From NCBI RefSeq assembly GCF_009914755.1, contig NC_060928.1: a stretch of 64,000 nt of DNA; one strand, given 5' to 3'. Positions 1 to 13,499 of the stretch are shown here, one piece after another. The position numbers were made by a program, and so were the translations under genes. The DNA comes from the human T2T-CHM13v2.0 reference genome, Homo sapiens. The notes under the pieces are model-generated. The model had not been told where the DNA came from and searched no databases. It saw nothing but the letters and a program-made list of their open reading frames with translations. Numbering within the stretch: the stretch's first letter is position 1; every line of letters begins with the position of its first letter.

Positions 1-154
1 GAACTCTTCCAGTATATTCCATTAGATGTGGCTGCTAGATATAAAATTATATTTCTGCTCTTAAAGACCTTACTATGTAAGGAAATAAGACTTACAGACA
101 CTGAAATTATATAGTGCTGTAAGTCTGTATAAAGGGCTAAAAATTTAGTCCAAA

Positions 155-340
155 AACATTAATCCATTACATAAATACTGAGTGTCTTTTATGGGCAAAG
201 CCTTGTTCTAGGTGCTAGGGATACAGCAGCCAATAATACAAAATCCCTGGCCCATTGCAGCCTACGTTGTATTTGGGCAACGGGAAGACAATTTGTAATG
301 AAATAAATAAATAAATGAATTTCAGATAGTTGTAAGAACT
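155..340 (-). mobile_element. LINE-2 3' fragment
   Basis: ttgttctaggtgctagggatacagcag...atccctggccc resembles the reverse complement of the L2 3' end. Confidence 0.65.
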
Positions 341-1399
341 ACAAAGGAATACAACCAGGAGAAGCTTCATATAAGAACTCTATAATAACTCTATCTTCAT
401 GTAAGAACTCTATCTGTATTTTAAAGGAATAATAGAATTGGGGAAGCTGGAGCAAGTCTGGAAATGAGAATAAATGATACAATGAGAAAGAAGAGAAAGC
501 TTTGCTAGGATACATAGATGCAGCAATGTTCAATAGAAAGTGTGCTTTAAAAAGCATTCACAGAATGTTTGTCTAGTAATGTGGACTAAGTTATTGCAGT
601 TTCAACTGATAAATTAAAGAACAAACTTTCAAATGGCAATTTATCTTTCTGATTTCAAAGAAAGTATTTAATTGTTGTGGAGAAGGTAAGGCAGGTCATT
701 CATTTTCATCCCTTTATTCTACATGCACATAACAGTAGTCTTTTGCAGGACTTTAAAAAAATTCACAGTTTTTGTCTTTCTACTTTCTGAGCACCTCAAC
801 ATGTTTGGTGAAATTTGCCGCATTCAAGATGGTGCAGGTGGCTGCCTCGTTTTCTGTTATTCCAAGTTTTCAAGATTTTATTCAGCGTTGTTCCTGTGCC
901 TAGGGAAAGGAGAGGAAGTATTTTTCTTTCTCCCTCTGGCACAGCACTGTGCATGCACAGCTCAAACTACTATGACCAGATCACACAGGTCAGTGACATG
1001 AATTTAAATGGGCCTCTGCTCTCTGGCTGGTGACCTTAACTACCACTATTTCTGTGTGAAAAAAACAAACAAGCAAAAAAAACACCATAGAAGCCATCAT
1101 ATGAAACAAGTTCTAGAATGTAACCTATTTGAGATGGGAGTTTTGCAATTTTGCAAAAACTTCAGTGAACACGAATATTTTTTTTCTTATTTTTTTTCCT
1201 CTGTACCTATTCCTTTCTCTGCTTGCCACCCTTCCCATTGTTCTTTCTTCCTGAGTTAACTCAATATTTGAAGCAGTAAGGACTCCTACTCTGAAGACAC
1301 AGACCGGGCCTTGGAGGAGCCTTGTGAGATAATGAAATCTTTCTCTGGGTGTTCAAATTTTCTCCAAACATCATAGGCTTTTGAGCCTGGAAGGTGTTC

Positions 1400-1540
1400 T
1401 ACTGAGCTGACTGATGGTGCCAGGTGACTTAATCTCTCTGGGCCTGTTTCCTCAGGTACAAAATGGAAATGAATGAAGCCTACCTTGAAGGGGTGTTACA
1501 AGGTTCCAATAAGATTAGGTATGTAAAAGTACTGTCTAAG
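1400..1540 (+). mobile_element. MIR SINE fragment
   Basis: MIR core gtgacttaatctctctgggcctgtttcctc...aaaatgg. Confidence 0.6.
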
Positions 1541-1587
1541 GATTTGAACAAAACAACTGCTTAATTTGCCTTAGTGCTTATCTAACC

Positions 1588-1808
1588 TAGTTGTTCTCAA
1601 ATGGGGGTTATTTTGCCCCTGCCAGATGGCATTTGGCAATGTCTGCATATGTTTTAGGTTGCTATAATTATTGGGGGGGTGCTACTAGTATCTAGTGAGT
1701 CAAGGCCAAGGATGCTGCTAAACATCCTACAACGCACACCATAGCCTTCCCCATAGCAAACCATTATGCAGCTCAAAATGTGCATAGTGTCACTGTTGAG
1801 AAACCCTC
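1588..1808 (+). mobile_element. MER20 (hAT-Charlie non-autonomous DNA transposon)
   Basis: Termini tagttgttctcaa...ttgagaaaccct; internal ggccaaggatgctgctaaacatcctaca is typical of MER20. Confidence 0.85.
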
Positions 1809-3119
1809 AGCTGGCCTTTGCTTGAACAATTTTCATGATAGGAAATTATTTCCTAGTGAGGCTAGCCATTCAATCACTGGAGAGTTACCTGAGAAAAAAC
1901 ATTTGTTCAGCCCAGGCAAAATCTGTAACTCTCACCTGCCAGCCAAGGTTGTGCTTTGTGCGACAGCAAAATAAGCCCATTCCTCTTCTTGTGACAGTCC
2001 TCCCAATAGTGAAAGGTGGCTGTTTTCCCTCCCCAAACCCCACAGACTTATAGAGAGTCATGCAGGACACTCTGAAATAAATGAGAATGAAACCCCTACA
2101 GGTTAGCCATATTTGGATGCTTTGTTTCCAGTTTTGTCTACAAGTCTAAGAGAACCAGAAGAGTTTAAATAAACCCACCTAGATCAAAAATTGTCTATAA
2201 AACCATAAAGAGCATCAAACAGATTTCTCTGTTAACAAGAAGTTATGAGTCCTTTGCCCAGGGTACATTTTTTACCCGTTTCTTCCTTCCCCACCATAAA
2301 AAGTCAGCATAGCTAATATTGTGTTATACATCCCCTACACAAAATCCAAATTGTGTCATTTTATAACAAAAGTTTAGCACTGTTCTCCATGCAGTGTATT
2401 ACTTTGAGGAAAAAAGGGCAAAGATACAGATTTATACTTATGCAATGAGAAATACAGAAATAAAAAATCAAGTTTGCCATCTTGAGCTTGAAATCATTGT
2501 CAAATCTTATTGGAAATACATTTATTCTGATTTCTGGCAATCTAACCCCCTTTAGCCGTTTCACAGTTGGTGAGCAGAGAGGATGTTTCTGCCTCATTTA
2601 CAGTGTCTGAACATGATTCAGACAATCAACTGCAACATTAGTCAAAGGAATCAGTGGCTAATGATTTCTGACAAGCACTGCAGTAACAGGCTGAGGACCA
2701 GACTGGGCAGCCATAGCATTCAGGGATGTTTTAGAGGAGCCAGCAAATAGGCACTGGTGGAAGATAATACACATGAAGGCAAATAGCAGTGGCCCCACAT
2801 CACTTAAAGGCTCTTACATACTTTATGAAAAGTATCTGACATGTAATAAAAACACTAATTCTTTTCTACAAATATGTTATCTTGAGTGGACACTGAGGAC
2901 AATTAGGGATGTCGCTTTGTAAATTATAATACACAAAAGTGGTTACATCTTTTGCATTCCGCTGAAACTACACTCTTAAACTGGGAATAGTCTGGCCTTA
3001 TAATTATTAATATTGATCATTTGAGTACGTACACTTTCTCCCTGAAATCCATGACTCATCATTCAGAGTATCTCCCATACATTGACTGCTTACGTTGCCC
3101 AACACCTGAAGTGGAGGCT

Positions 3120-3290
3120 GTATGGTCAAGGGCGGGAAGGGCTGAGTATTGCAAGACATGAGCACTAGTTTCTCTTCTGCCATGAGCTCATTGTGTGACT
3201 ATGGGCAAGTCACTTGGTTACCTTGTGCTTCAGTTTACAAATCTACTAGATGATGGAGATGAATCAAATGGTCTCAAATTCTCCCTTCCA
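3120..3290 (+). mobile_element. MIR/MIR3 fragment
   Basis: tgtgtgactatgggcaagtcactt...cttcagttt core. Confidence 0.55.
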
Positions 3291-4140
3291 AAAGTATGAT
3301 TTGGATTTTGGAACTCTACATTGGTATCTTTAATAATCAAACATATGTCCTAATTGTTTTCAATAATTTATCTTTGGCTTCAAAATTCCTGATCAATTTA
3401 CTTTATCTCTTTAAACTTTCTCTGTAAGAAGCAAAGGGATGAATCATTGTATTTGATTGAAATTTTATTTTCATACTCTCTCCTCATGTGATAAGTCCTG
3501 CAGAGTTTTAGGGAACGCTTTTTTAAAATGTCCCTACATTAGAATAAATGGCAGAAAGGAAAGCTCAATTAACAATACTATTTGGTTAATATTAAACAGC
3601 AGTTAAATGTAATAATCAGTGCTGTACAAAAATAGCAAATTTTTGTTTTACAGTCAGAAGTTTTTAATAATTTGATGAAAATCAAGATTAGCCTTAAATG
3701 TAATAGCCTGGTTAAGAATACCCAATTATCTTTCACATGCTAAGAGTTTACATTGTATTTTCAAAAGCTGTAAAAACATAAATATATCAGAAAATTTCCA
3801 AGAATCTTTTTTCATCTAAAACTCTCTCTTTAAACATCCAACAGGCAGATGGCTCTGAAACCTCAAAGTAATGAGACAAAATTTCATATACAGTTAGAAA
3901 TAAAAGTTTTCCTCAATAGTAAATTGGAACATACAGCTCAAAACTGCCATTTCCTAAATTGGTCATTATAGTTTTGTATTACCTTAACAAGATACATATT
4001 GATGAAGAGATTTTATTCTAACTCTCAATCGTTACTGTACTATAAATAAAAAAATGTGGAATATTTATCCTGTACAGTCCAATCACAGTGTGAGTTATAT
4101 TTACAGCTCCTTGAAAGAAAAATTTCCTAGCTCTTAACCT

Positions 4141-4290
4141 TCTTTTTTTTGTTTATTTTTATTTTTTATTTTAGAGATGGGGTTTTGTCATGTTGCTTAC
4201 GCTGGTCTTGAACTCCTGGGCTCATGCAATCCACCCGCCTTGGCCTCTCACAGTGCTGGAATTAGAGGCATGAACCACTGTGCCCAGCCC
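4141..4290 (-). mobile_element. Free left Alu monomer (FLAM_C-like)
   Basis: Left-arm sequence only, with a T-rich tail on the plus strand. Degenerate TSD cctagctcttaaccttct / cccagcccttaacctttt. Confidence 0.85.
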
Positions 4291-4908
4291 CCAGCCCTTA
4301 ACCTTTTGCTAAGGAAATCCATTGGAGATCTTGGGTTATATTTTGCTAGGAAGCCTTGAAGAATGAGTAGCCAATTCATTGGCAGTCCAGCAATCTCTGA
4401 GGCAGCCTGATACAAAAATTCTGTGCAATGTAAGATTAAAGCAATTAGTTTAGTGCCATCATGTCCTCTTAGAGAGTTCAGAGCAGCTGAGTCGTTAGTA
4501 ATGGCAGAGGTAGGAGGGCACTCAGACATAAAGGAACAGCAAGAGACCAACTGACTCGTGTCAGCAGAGTGAATTGATGGACTGCTGCTGCTGTGTAGGG
4601 GGAAATAAGAAAACTCAGCCCCTCGTCTTCCAGGGGTCTTCCAGTTCCCAAGAATCTTTTGGTCTGTGTGTGGCCCAACTGTTTGCTTCTCCTGGGAATT
4701 CGTAGGATTAGGGTTTCTCTCCTTGCCACAGCAATCTTCACAATCAACTCTTGTACTTGAGGTAATCTGAATGAATCTCTTTCTTGAACCTCAAGAATAA
4801 AACAGAGAAGCACTGAGAGATGAAACAGCTGCCTTAGAGTTAAGGCGGTAAATAGGCCTTTTCCTTCCATGTGTATCAGTGAGACACAATGTAGGTTGAT
4901 TCTTTCAG

Positions 4909-4949
4909 CCTGTGTCTACTGGCAAGAGAAATAGGCCAGTAGACACAGG
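4909..4949. repeat. Perfect 15-bp inverted repeat with 11-nt loop
   Basis: cctgtgtctactggc (4909-4923) and gccagtagacacagg (4935-4949) are exact reverse complements. Confidence 0.9.
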
Positions 4950-5426
4950 TTACATACAATGATTAGTGACATCCTTGTCAGAAAAGATATGAGAGAAAGT
5001 AAGTTGCTTGTGTATTTTTTTATTAATAAATTCTCACACTTCACTTGGTTATATTTCTATGAGGATTCAAAGTGAGTGGGACAAATAATTTCATTATACC
5101 TATGATAACATAACCAATAATATCAGTTATCAGTTATTTATGGAAACTAAAGATGGTGGTGGCAAACTGAATCAAATAAAGTGCCAGTCAAGTCTAATTT
5201 GACCAAACAGGTATTGTCACTTGCTTTGCCAATGCAGAAATGTCAATATCTACAACTAGATTTACGATGTGCAGGACTCTAGGAATCTCACCCCAGCCGT
5301 ACAGACCTTTCACTAAGGAATGGGCCCAGCTCTCTCTGCCTCCAGGCCCTTGTTAATTGCAGGCCCCGCTGCCTGCATTGTTCTTTCTCATTTTACTCCT
5401 ACTCTTCCAGTACTTGTACACACAAT

Positions 5427-5451
5427 CACACACACACACACACACACACAC
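5427..5451. repeat. (CA)n microsatellite
   Basis: About 12 CA units read directly. Confidence 0.9.
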
Positions 5452-5454
5452 CAC

Positions 5455-5622
5455 TTCTTTGTGCTATTCTAGCACTCACCACATTGTGAAACATATCTAC
5501 TTATTATTTTCTCCTTCTAGTTAGACTGTAAGTGCCCTGGGGACAGGATCCATACCTGTTTTGCTCTCCATTGTGCCTCTAGCTCCTCGTCTTATGTTAA
5601 CCTTGAATATTGTTGAATGACT
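5455..5622 (+). mobile_element. LINE-2 3' end
   Basis: ttagactgtaag...ggggacagg...atattgttgaatga, an L2 tail motif. Confidence 0.65.
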
Positions 5623-6699
5623 ATTGTAGAGCCCTTGGGAGGTACTAGTAGTACCTGTAGAAACATTAACATGGCTATAACAAACCATTGTATGTATTGA
5701 CTTTTGCATTCTACCGCATTCAATAAGAGAAAAAAAAATGACAGTTTATACCTATGGTAAATGAAAAGTGTATGAAAAATTTCAGTTAACAGCCAGTCCT
5801 GGAGATATGAAGTATCAGCACAATCTTCATAGAAGAAGACTTACATGAAATTTCAGATTGACACAAGAACCCCCTATCTAAAGGTGCATTTGGTTTGTTT
5901 GATCACATTCTCAGACAAATAAAAGTTTCCCCCATTACGAACCCAAGGGGTCATTATGCTAAGTGTGGACCGGTGGGTCAGAGACTGAACCACGTTACAA
6001 TAGTCCTGGTATTTGGAACGATTCTTCTTATCTGTGGAGGAAATATAAAACATTTTTTCTTCCATTTACTCTAGAGTAATAGGAGACAAATACAGTTTTT
6101 ATCCTGATAAGTACCAAAATGAGGCAGAGAAGCTGTGAAAAGTCACTAGCATGGTGACAAGTCTCTCAACTTCTCCCCAGTGGCCACCTAACCTTCTTCC
6201 TTTTGGCCACCTTGAACGAAATGGTTTCTGGCTCTGCAGAAAAGGATCAGGGGGTGTTTTACATTTGTGGGTGACTATCTAGAAGGTTTTAATAAACACT
6301 AATCCTACGAAAATTTCTATATTTCCACATGAACTGATTACCATGAGGAAATCTGTCTCTCCGCTGGCAGCAAAGCCATCATCTATTCATCATACCTCTT
6401 ACTGGATTTCTTTCTCATTTAAGGCAGGATTCAATAAAATTTCATTGTAGTTTCCTTTTCTCAGAAATCCATGAAAGCCTTGAAAAACATGTTGAGCATA
6501 TCCTGTCTGTACAATTTGATATCCTTTCCACCTCAGGCCATTATTCTGATAAACTCGGTAAACCCTAATTTAGATCCATGATGTAATGCTTCCATATCAG
6601 GCTGTGTGAACATGTTCCTTTAAAATAAAACATGGTAGGAAAGTCTTCCACTGAATGCTTTCGCACAGAAGAAGCTTCGTCTATTACCCTTTCACAGTG

Positions 6700-7670
6700 A
6701 TAGAAGAGACAAGATAACAATTTATGAGTCATTTCCATTCTGACAGGAGCGACAATGACTGGAAATGCGATGCCTGCCAAGAGCTTTTATCAAGTAGGTT
6801 ATAACAACTAGTAATAAGTGTAAATAATAAATGTCTGGGATCTTAGGGGAAGCGGTGGCAATAGGAAATGATTTTTGGTACTTCTGATGGGGTTCTGCTA
6901 CTCTTGGAATTCCCTGGCTTCCCAGTAGAGTTTTGGCCTGACAATAAACAACAGTTTAGTACTTTATCTAATCCCAGCCAGGAGGTGAGTTCAACAGCAA
7001 GCTTTTGCAGATGTTCACATTCAATAATCTATCCATAATTGATGAAACAGGGAGGTCAGATGTAATGGCTGCTACTATTCCAGCAACAAATAAATGGTTA
7101 TTGACAAAACAAGCCAGTGTGGTGCAGAGTGCTGAGCAGTGACAGGCAGGAGCCGGCACTGAGGCAGAGACAGGGAGGACTATGCGGCTCTTCATCTTGA
7201 GAATTCCTCAGCGAGCCATGTGCAGAAGGGCCACACTGACACAGAAGCAGATGGAGGTGACTTGTCAGGGAGAAGGGAGGCTGCTGAAGTACAAAAAAAG
7301 ATGAAGACATGCCGAGGTGGAGAAAATGCTGAGTGAGCCACGGACAAGGCTGGGGACCAGGGTAAGTACAAATGCATCGAAAGTTCAGAAGTGCCTTTGA
7401 ATGCTCGCACTGTGATCCAGATGTCTGAGTTGCTTTTATCACGCAGCGTGTCTTCACTCGCATACCTGCTGTCAAACTGTGCAGCCTGGATAACTCCAAC
7501 ACCAAAGTGGATGTATGGGATGCTTTGGTGCCTAAATCCTCCCACTGAGGGAACTTCACAGGTACTGCGTTTAACAGTGTGGACTGTGGATACCTTTTCC
7601 TCCCCTATGCATTTTTTTTAAAAGTCCACAAAAATCACTTGTACAACTTTAACAATATTTTCAGATGAAC
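6700..7670. promoter_or_regulatory. Candidate intronic enhancer (E-box/Meis/AP-1/GATA/Fox cluster)
   Basis: No repeat recognised. CAGATG at 7008, 7057, 7248, 7418, 7662; TGACAG/CTGTCA at 6741, 7140, 7469; TGAGTCA 6725; AGATAA 6712; TGTAAATAA 6820. Function is inferred. Confidence 0.4.
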
Positions 7671-8749
7671 TAAATATACAAAATTGTAAAGCTACAAAGT
7701 TTCTCAACACTGGAACTAACCTGAAATAGATGCTGCTTAGAATCAAATGTACTGGAAAGAAACGTGAGTGGAAGGCAAAGTTTTCTTTAATAACAGAAAA
7801 CACACATTATACTTTCTTCACCTCAGCCTATGCAAAGAGTATAATAAAGCATTAATCGAGTATACTTTTATTGACTGAATAAAATTCAAGATATACTTCC
7901 ACAAATAAGCAGCTGAAATCCTGTACTTCCATTCCAATGCTAAGAAATAATGTTTTTACACAGTTTACTGTGTAATATTATAAGATGAAGAATGGTAGGA
8001 TAAAATGGTAGTTATTATTGCTATAGGTAGTCATAAAGAGGCTTGGGACAGAGAAGTTTTAAATATTAATATTCATAAAATCACTTAAATCAATTTAACA
8101 CTCTTTAGTGGTTTATTTAGAGGTGTGATTTATTTTATTCTTTGCAACCAATGCCTTTGATCAGCTCTGAAATAACATACAAGCTGAAAATAAAATGGCA
8201 AAACAAACTGCTGCTAGCATTCTTATAGTAAGCTTTAGGTTTTATAGCAGGAACTGTTATATTTGGTGCTTTTGAATTACTTATCAATACTTAGACATTG
8301 AGAATTACAGAGCCCAGGAGGAACAGTAGAGAACATTGCCAGTTGCCCTGCTTCCTTAGCCCTGCCATTCTCCCAGCTGGTTCCACCCATTTGGAAGGAA
8401 CTTAGACCTGTACCTGTCCCCAGGACTGCTCCTGTTCCTGGTCTGAAAGGGTGGAAAGTTGGCATCACATCAGTTTGCTATGGATCATATAATGTTTTTA
8501 ACCTTTGTTAAAGTGACTGGACTTTTGTCCTGTCCCTTGAGACCAAGCACACATCCCAAGGTGCATCCCAGCCTGGGGAGCTATATTCCAGTCTTGTTCT
8601 TCTTGCTTGAATCTCTATCTTGGTGCCTAGCCTGGTCCCTACTCACTGCGAGTCTGGAGACCTACCCTGCTGCCCTCAGTATGCCTGAGTCAGCAGTCTC
8701 ACCCTTGAGCCCCAGTCCCTGTGGCTTGGTGCTTGTCACTTGCCAATGG

Positions 8750-8985
8750 TAGTCACTACCATTTATAGAGCAAAACTACATGTGCAGGGTGTCTTATATC
8801 CATAGTGCATTCAATCTTCACAGAACCTCGAAATATATATTAATATTCCCATTGTATATCTGAGAGAAATACAATACAGAGAAGCTGAGTGCCTTGCTCT
8901 GGAGTACACAGTGAATTGGTGAAGGAGAAAGGATTTGAACTGGGTTCATTGGACTTTGAAACCCATGTTCTTCAGCACTGTGATA
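8750..8985 (-). mobile_element. MIR
   Basis: ttcaatcttcacagaacc...cccattgtata...ggatttgaactggg. Confidence 0.65.
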
Positions 8986-9299
8986 GGCTTGCAGCTAGAT
9001 CACACTAAGCATGATTGTGCTGACCTTGACCTTCACCTACAGCTCACTGCCTTCTGCCCCAGTTGCCAGAAGCTATCCTCCACTCACATACAGGGACATT
9101 CATCGCAGCCCAGTGTCTGATGTTTTAGATGTCAACCTCATGCTTGTCTGGTCACAGTGTTGCCTATTAGCAGCTGCTATTTTTTCATCATGAAGATCAA
9201 TGATTAGAGGTAATAATAGCCAATATTAACTTAGCATTTTTAGGTCATTCCTTTGCCTGAAATGAACCCCTTTTCACTTAGAAAAAAAAAAAGTCATGC

Positions 9300-9790
9300 T
9301 TGAAAATGACCTCCAAGGTCAGCTATGATCCTACTCCTTATCTCCACTCTTCTCCCCTTTTGCTTTTCTCCAGCCTTACTGGCTCCAGGCCCCCAGGCAC
9401 ACTGCCACCTTAAGGCTTTTGCCCTGGCCATTACCACTGCCTGGGTGTGCTTCCCTCGAGTATCTGCATGGCCCACTCTCTCACAGGCTTCCAGTCTTTT
9501 CCCAAAAGTCAGCCTCTCAATGCAGCCTTCTCTGATCACCCATTTATAATTCCCTCCACCCTACCTCTTGCCTTGGAACTCCTGACTCATTATTTTGTTG
9601 TACTTTTTCCCATAGTGTTTCTCATTGTCTAATATACTGTTTAATTCACTTGTCAATTATGTTTCATCTTCATTGTTAGTTTTCCCCAATGGGAGGGAAG
9701 GTCCACAAGGACAAAGATGTCTGTCTGCATTGTTATTGCTGTACCCAAAGCATCTAAAACAAGGCTTGGCAGTATGTGCTCCAAAACTAT
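9300..9790 (+). mobile_element. LINE-2 fragment
   Basis: ctccagccttactggctcc...gcttttgccctggcc...cagccttctctgatcacc; L2 3' region. Confidence 0.65.
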
Positions 9791-9799
9791 GTTCTTAAG

Positions 9800-9990
9800 A
9801 CTACATGTGTGAGCTAATTTAATCTTCTTAACACCCCATGCATTGGCATTATTATTATTCTTGTCTCTTTAAAGTTAAGGAGACAAAAGCACATAGAGAT
9901 GAAGCCACAGGGCCAAGGTCATACAACTGGTAAATGGTCAAGAAAGGACTCACATTTGAGCCATCTGGCTTCAAAGACAGCATACTCATC
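9800..9990 (-). mobile_element. MIR
   Basis: aatttaatcttc...ccaaggtcatacaactggtaaatgg. Confidence 0.6.
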
Positions 9991-10749
9991 CAGCCCTCTC
10001 TTCCACCCCATTGACAAGTAGCTGCCTGACAATGCCACCATGCAGGCTGGGCTCCAGCTTCTGGATCTTTTTGGTGCAACCTGTCCTATTGTGGATTGAC
10101 CAAGATTACAACAATGGTGTCTTGCAACAATGCCCATAAGGGAACTGAACAAAGTTTAATGACTTGCCCAAGGCCAAGAGCTTGGTGACAAAAACCACAA
10201 CCAGAATCCAGGATGTCTGATTCCCAATTTGGTGGTCTTTCTGGTATTTTCAAAACCCATTTTGAAGATCCTAATGATTATCTGGCTAATGCTTTCCCAT
10301 TCCTATGTAACATATTACAAAAAACAATTAAGAAGTAATTTTGGCTTTGAAACCATGTGACAAATATTCACGTTTAGTTACACAATATTTTCAATGGAAA
10401 ATGTTTATTTTTTAATATCTATGATATTATAAACTTATAAAATGGAGATATAAACAATCATTCTGCTGTAAGCTAATATAAGCTCATAGGGAAAATGAAT
10501 ATGTTTAATTAAATTTAGGAAAAATGTATCGTTAAATCATTTGCATTACAACAGTAAGGACCAATAAACATACCACTTTTTACTATTCCATTGGAATTTT
10601 CATCAATATGCTGTATTAACATATATCATCTTCATTTTACAAAGCAAGGGGTGCTAAGAGATTTGTCTGTGATCTGTTAAGCCAGCTGTGGCAGCATGAA
10701 TAGCATAATCCTTGCACCAACCCAGCAAATCATACTTTTACTATTCTGT

Positions 10750-11000
10750 AATTTTCACTAACATTTATTGAGGAAGTAGCATATGCCAGACATAGGTCTA
10801 AGTGCTTTCTGTATGTTAACTTATTTAATCCTCACAACCACATTATAACTTAGATGCTAGAGTAATCTTCATGCCACAGGTGAAGAAACTGAAGCACAAG
10901 ATGGGCCAAATAACTCACTCAAGGCTTCAGGATTAGAAGTGTCAGGAACAGGATTTGCAGTCAGGCACTGTGATTCCAAGGGGCCAACCTCCTAATCACT
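10750..11000 (-). mobile_element. MIR
   Basis: aacatttattgag...atttaatcctcacaac...gaagaaactgaagcaca. Confidence 0.75.
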
Positions 11001-11533
11001 AGATCAAAATCATATTGTGACAATGGTTGAGATGGCAACAGAGAAAATTAAGATTGATGAAAAGGACCCCATACCCCTCCTCTTCTTTCATTTTATCCAA
11101 AATTATAAGCATCTCCCCTACCAGATCTTTCAACTGAAAATCTAGCAATCAGCACTTTCACATGCTCTTTCCCTTGCATTTACTGAGTTGCTAGTAGATA
11201 GCAAATTTGCATCTGCAGCAAGAAGAGACTGAGGATTGTAGGTATAATATGCTGATTACACTGCTTTCAGAAAAGAATAATATTACTTTTTCTTTTTACA
11301 AGTGCCTTAACTTTAGAGCTGGACATATTTCACTGTCAGAAAAACATCCAGAGTTTTTCTGAATTTCAAGGCAAATTCAGCTAGGAAGTTACATCATAAC
11401 AAAGGAAGAATCCATGGTATCCCATTATCTATAATAATGGAGGGGAAGAAGGAAATGGAAATAAGAAATGGAAAGTAAGAATTCCTGACATCTTTTTCTC
11501 TGGAGAAGCTACAAAGCAGTGGGTCATTTCTAG

Positions 11534-11839
<306 letters not shown>

Positions 11840-12749
11840 TGAACAAGAATAACAAAATGTTATTAATGCCAATAAGTAGTTCATTAAGTGGAACAGATGA
11901 GAATGTTATTAAACATTTATATGGGAAACTTGTGAAGAGGCTCAACAAGTGAGTTTAAAATCATCTTACTGACAACTCTACCAATTACAACAACATCAGT
12001 AGTTAGAGGCGTGGGCTCCTGTCTGGCTCTGCATCTGCTAGCTTTGTGACCACGGGCTGACTAGTTAATGGATGTCTCAGCCTTCTTTTCAAACAGCTTC
12101 TGCCCCAGTAGCCCTACTCAGAACAGTTTCACTCCTGCAAGGCTCCTACTCCAGCCTGGCTGCATGCATTTGGCTGCCCTCCCAGGCCTTTACTCTTGCT
12201 GCTCCTGCTCCAATGAGGGAACAACAGCTTCCCTGTTGCTTCTCTAGCTCTTGCTCCCTATTGTAAGAATGGCACTGGTATATGTCTCTTTTCCATGTAG
12301 ATAATGCAGTCTTGCACTACAGGAACAATCTACCTGACCAAAAAGAAACTTCTCAGACCTGTTATTCAACACTGTGCACCAAACTGAAGTTTAAAACATC
12401 AACATAATTATTACCATTTTTGATCATAGGGACTTTGGACAAAATTACTCAGGATTTCGGAATCTATACGGCTGTATTTTTCTCCCTGTTTTATTGTTTT
12501 TGCTTTATAATTTATATGATTATTTTTTACTTTATGAATTCATTTTTAAATTCTTTTATTACTTGTTAAGCATTTAATAATTTTCTTTAATGTTGTGGGT
12601 TGAGATAAGCTGTTGAAATGACTAACCTGCTACAATCAATCCTATACTAAAGATTTTTACCATGAACAACCTATGTAAAACCTATTAAAAACATTAATTA
12701 AAACCTTTAAATTTTAATGGAATGGAAAGATATAATAGTTTACTTTTTA

Positions 12750-13325
12750 AGTAGTTTTTCTTTTATTTTTTATTACAAAATCAATATACGTTAATTGTAG
12801 AAAATGTTGAGAATACAGATACCAATCTCCCCCAAAAATAGAAAAATTAAAGTCATTCATTATTCCAGCTTCTACAGATAACCACCAAAAACAGTTTGGT
12901 AGTTCTAGCATTTTCATATATTATTTATGCACTACATATATATGTATTTATATATAAGTAGGGTCATAATGTACACTGTTTAATAACCTGATTTTTTTGT
13001 TCAACATATCAGTAATACTTTCATTGTTATAAAATGTTTATTCATTTTGTAATTTTTATTGGCTGCATTGTATTTCAGCATAGGATACCCAAAAATGATT
13101 TATTCAATTTGATATTACTTTACATTTACTTTTTTTCTGAATTTTTCACCATTCCAAACAGCATTTATAGCATTGTATACAGAGGTTATAGCTAGATCTC
13201 GGTATATATTAATGATTTTATGAACAATATTACAGCTCAATATTTTCACACATTACTAATTATTTCCCTTAGGTAAATTCCAAAATGAGCAACTCTTGAG
13301 TCAAAAGATGTACAAAATTTAAACC
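12750..13325 (-). mobile_element. Ancient L1 (L1ME-like) 3' fragment
   Basis: attgtagaaaatgttgagaatacaga...tttttattggctgcattgtatttc; highly decayed. Confidence 0.5.
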
Positions 13326-13499
13326 TTAAAACAAAGCTATCATTTACTGAATGCTCACTAAGTGCCAGGCACATTACTTCTTTATCTTATTTAACTGCCG
13401 CAGCAACTTTATCATTCCTATTTTTCACATACAGAAAAGGAAGCCTACAAGCTAAGTGACTTGCATTCTGTCAGTGACTTGCACTGACAGAGTGGCCAA

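Noticed and set aside
365-413. Short repeated units cttcat(a/g)taagaactctat as a CRISPR-like array
   Set aside because: Only two full copies and one partial, no spacer series, eukaryotic context; ordinary slippage duplication.
7098-7621. Overlapping 153, 117 and 76-aa ORFs
   Set aside because: No protein similarity I recognise and no splice continuity with TTC29; better explained as chance ORFs in non-coding DNA.
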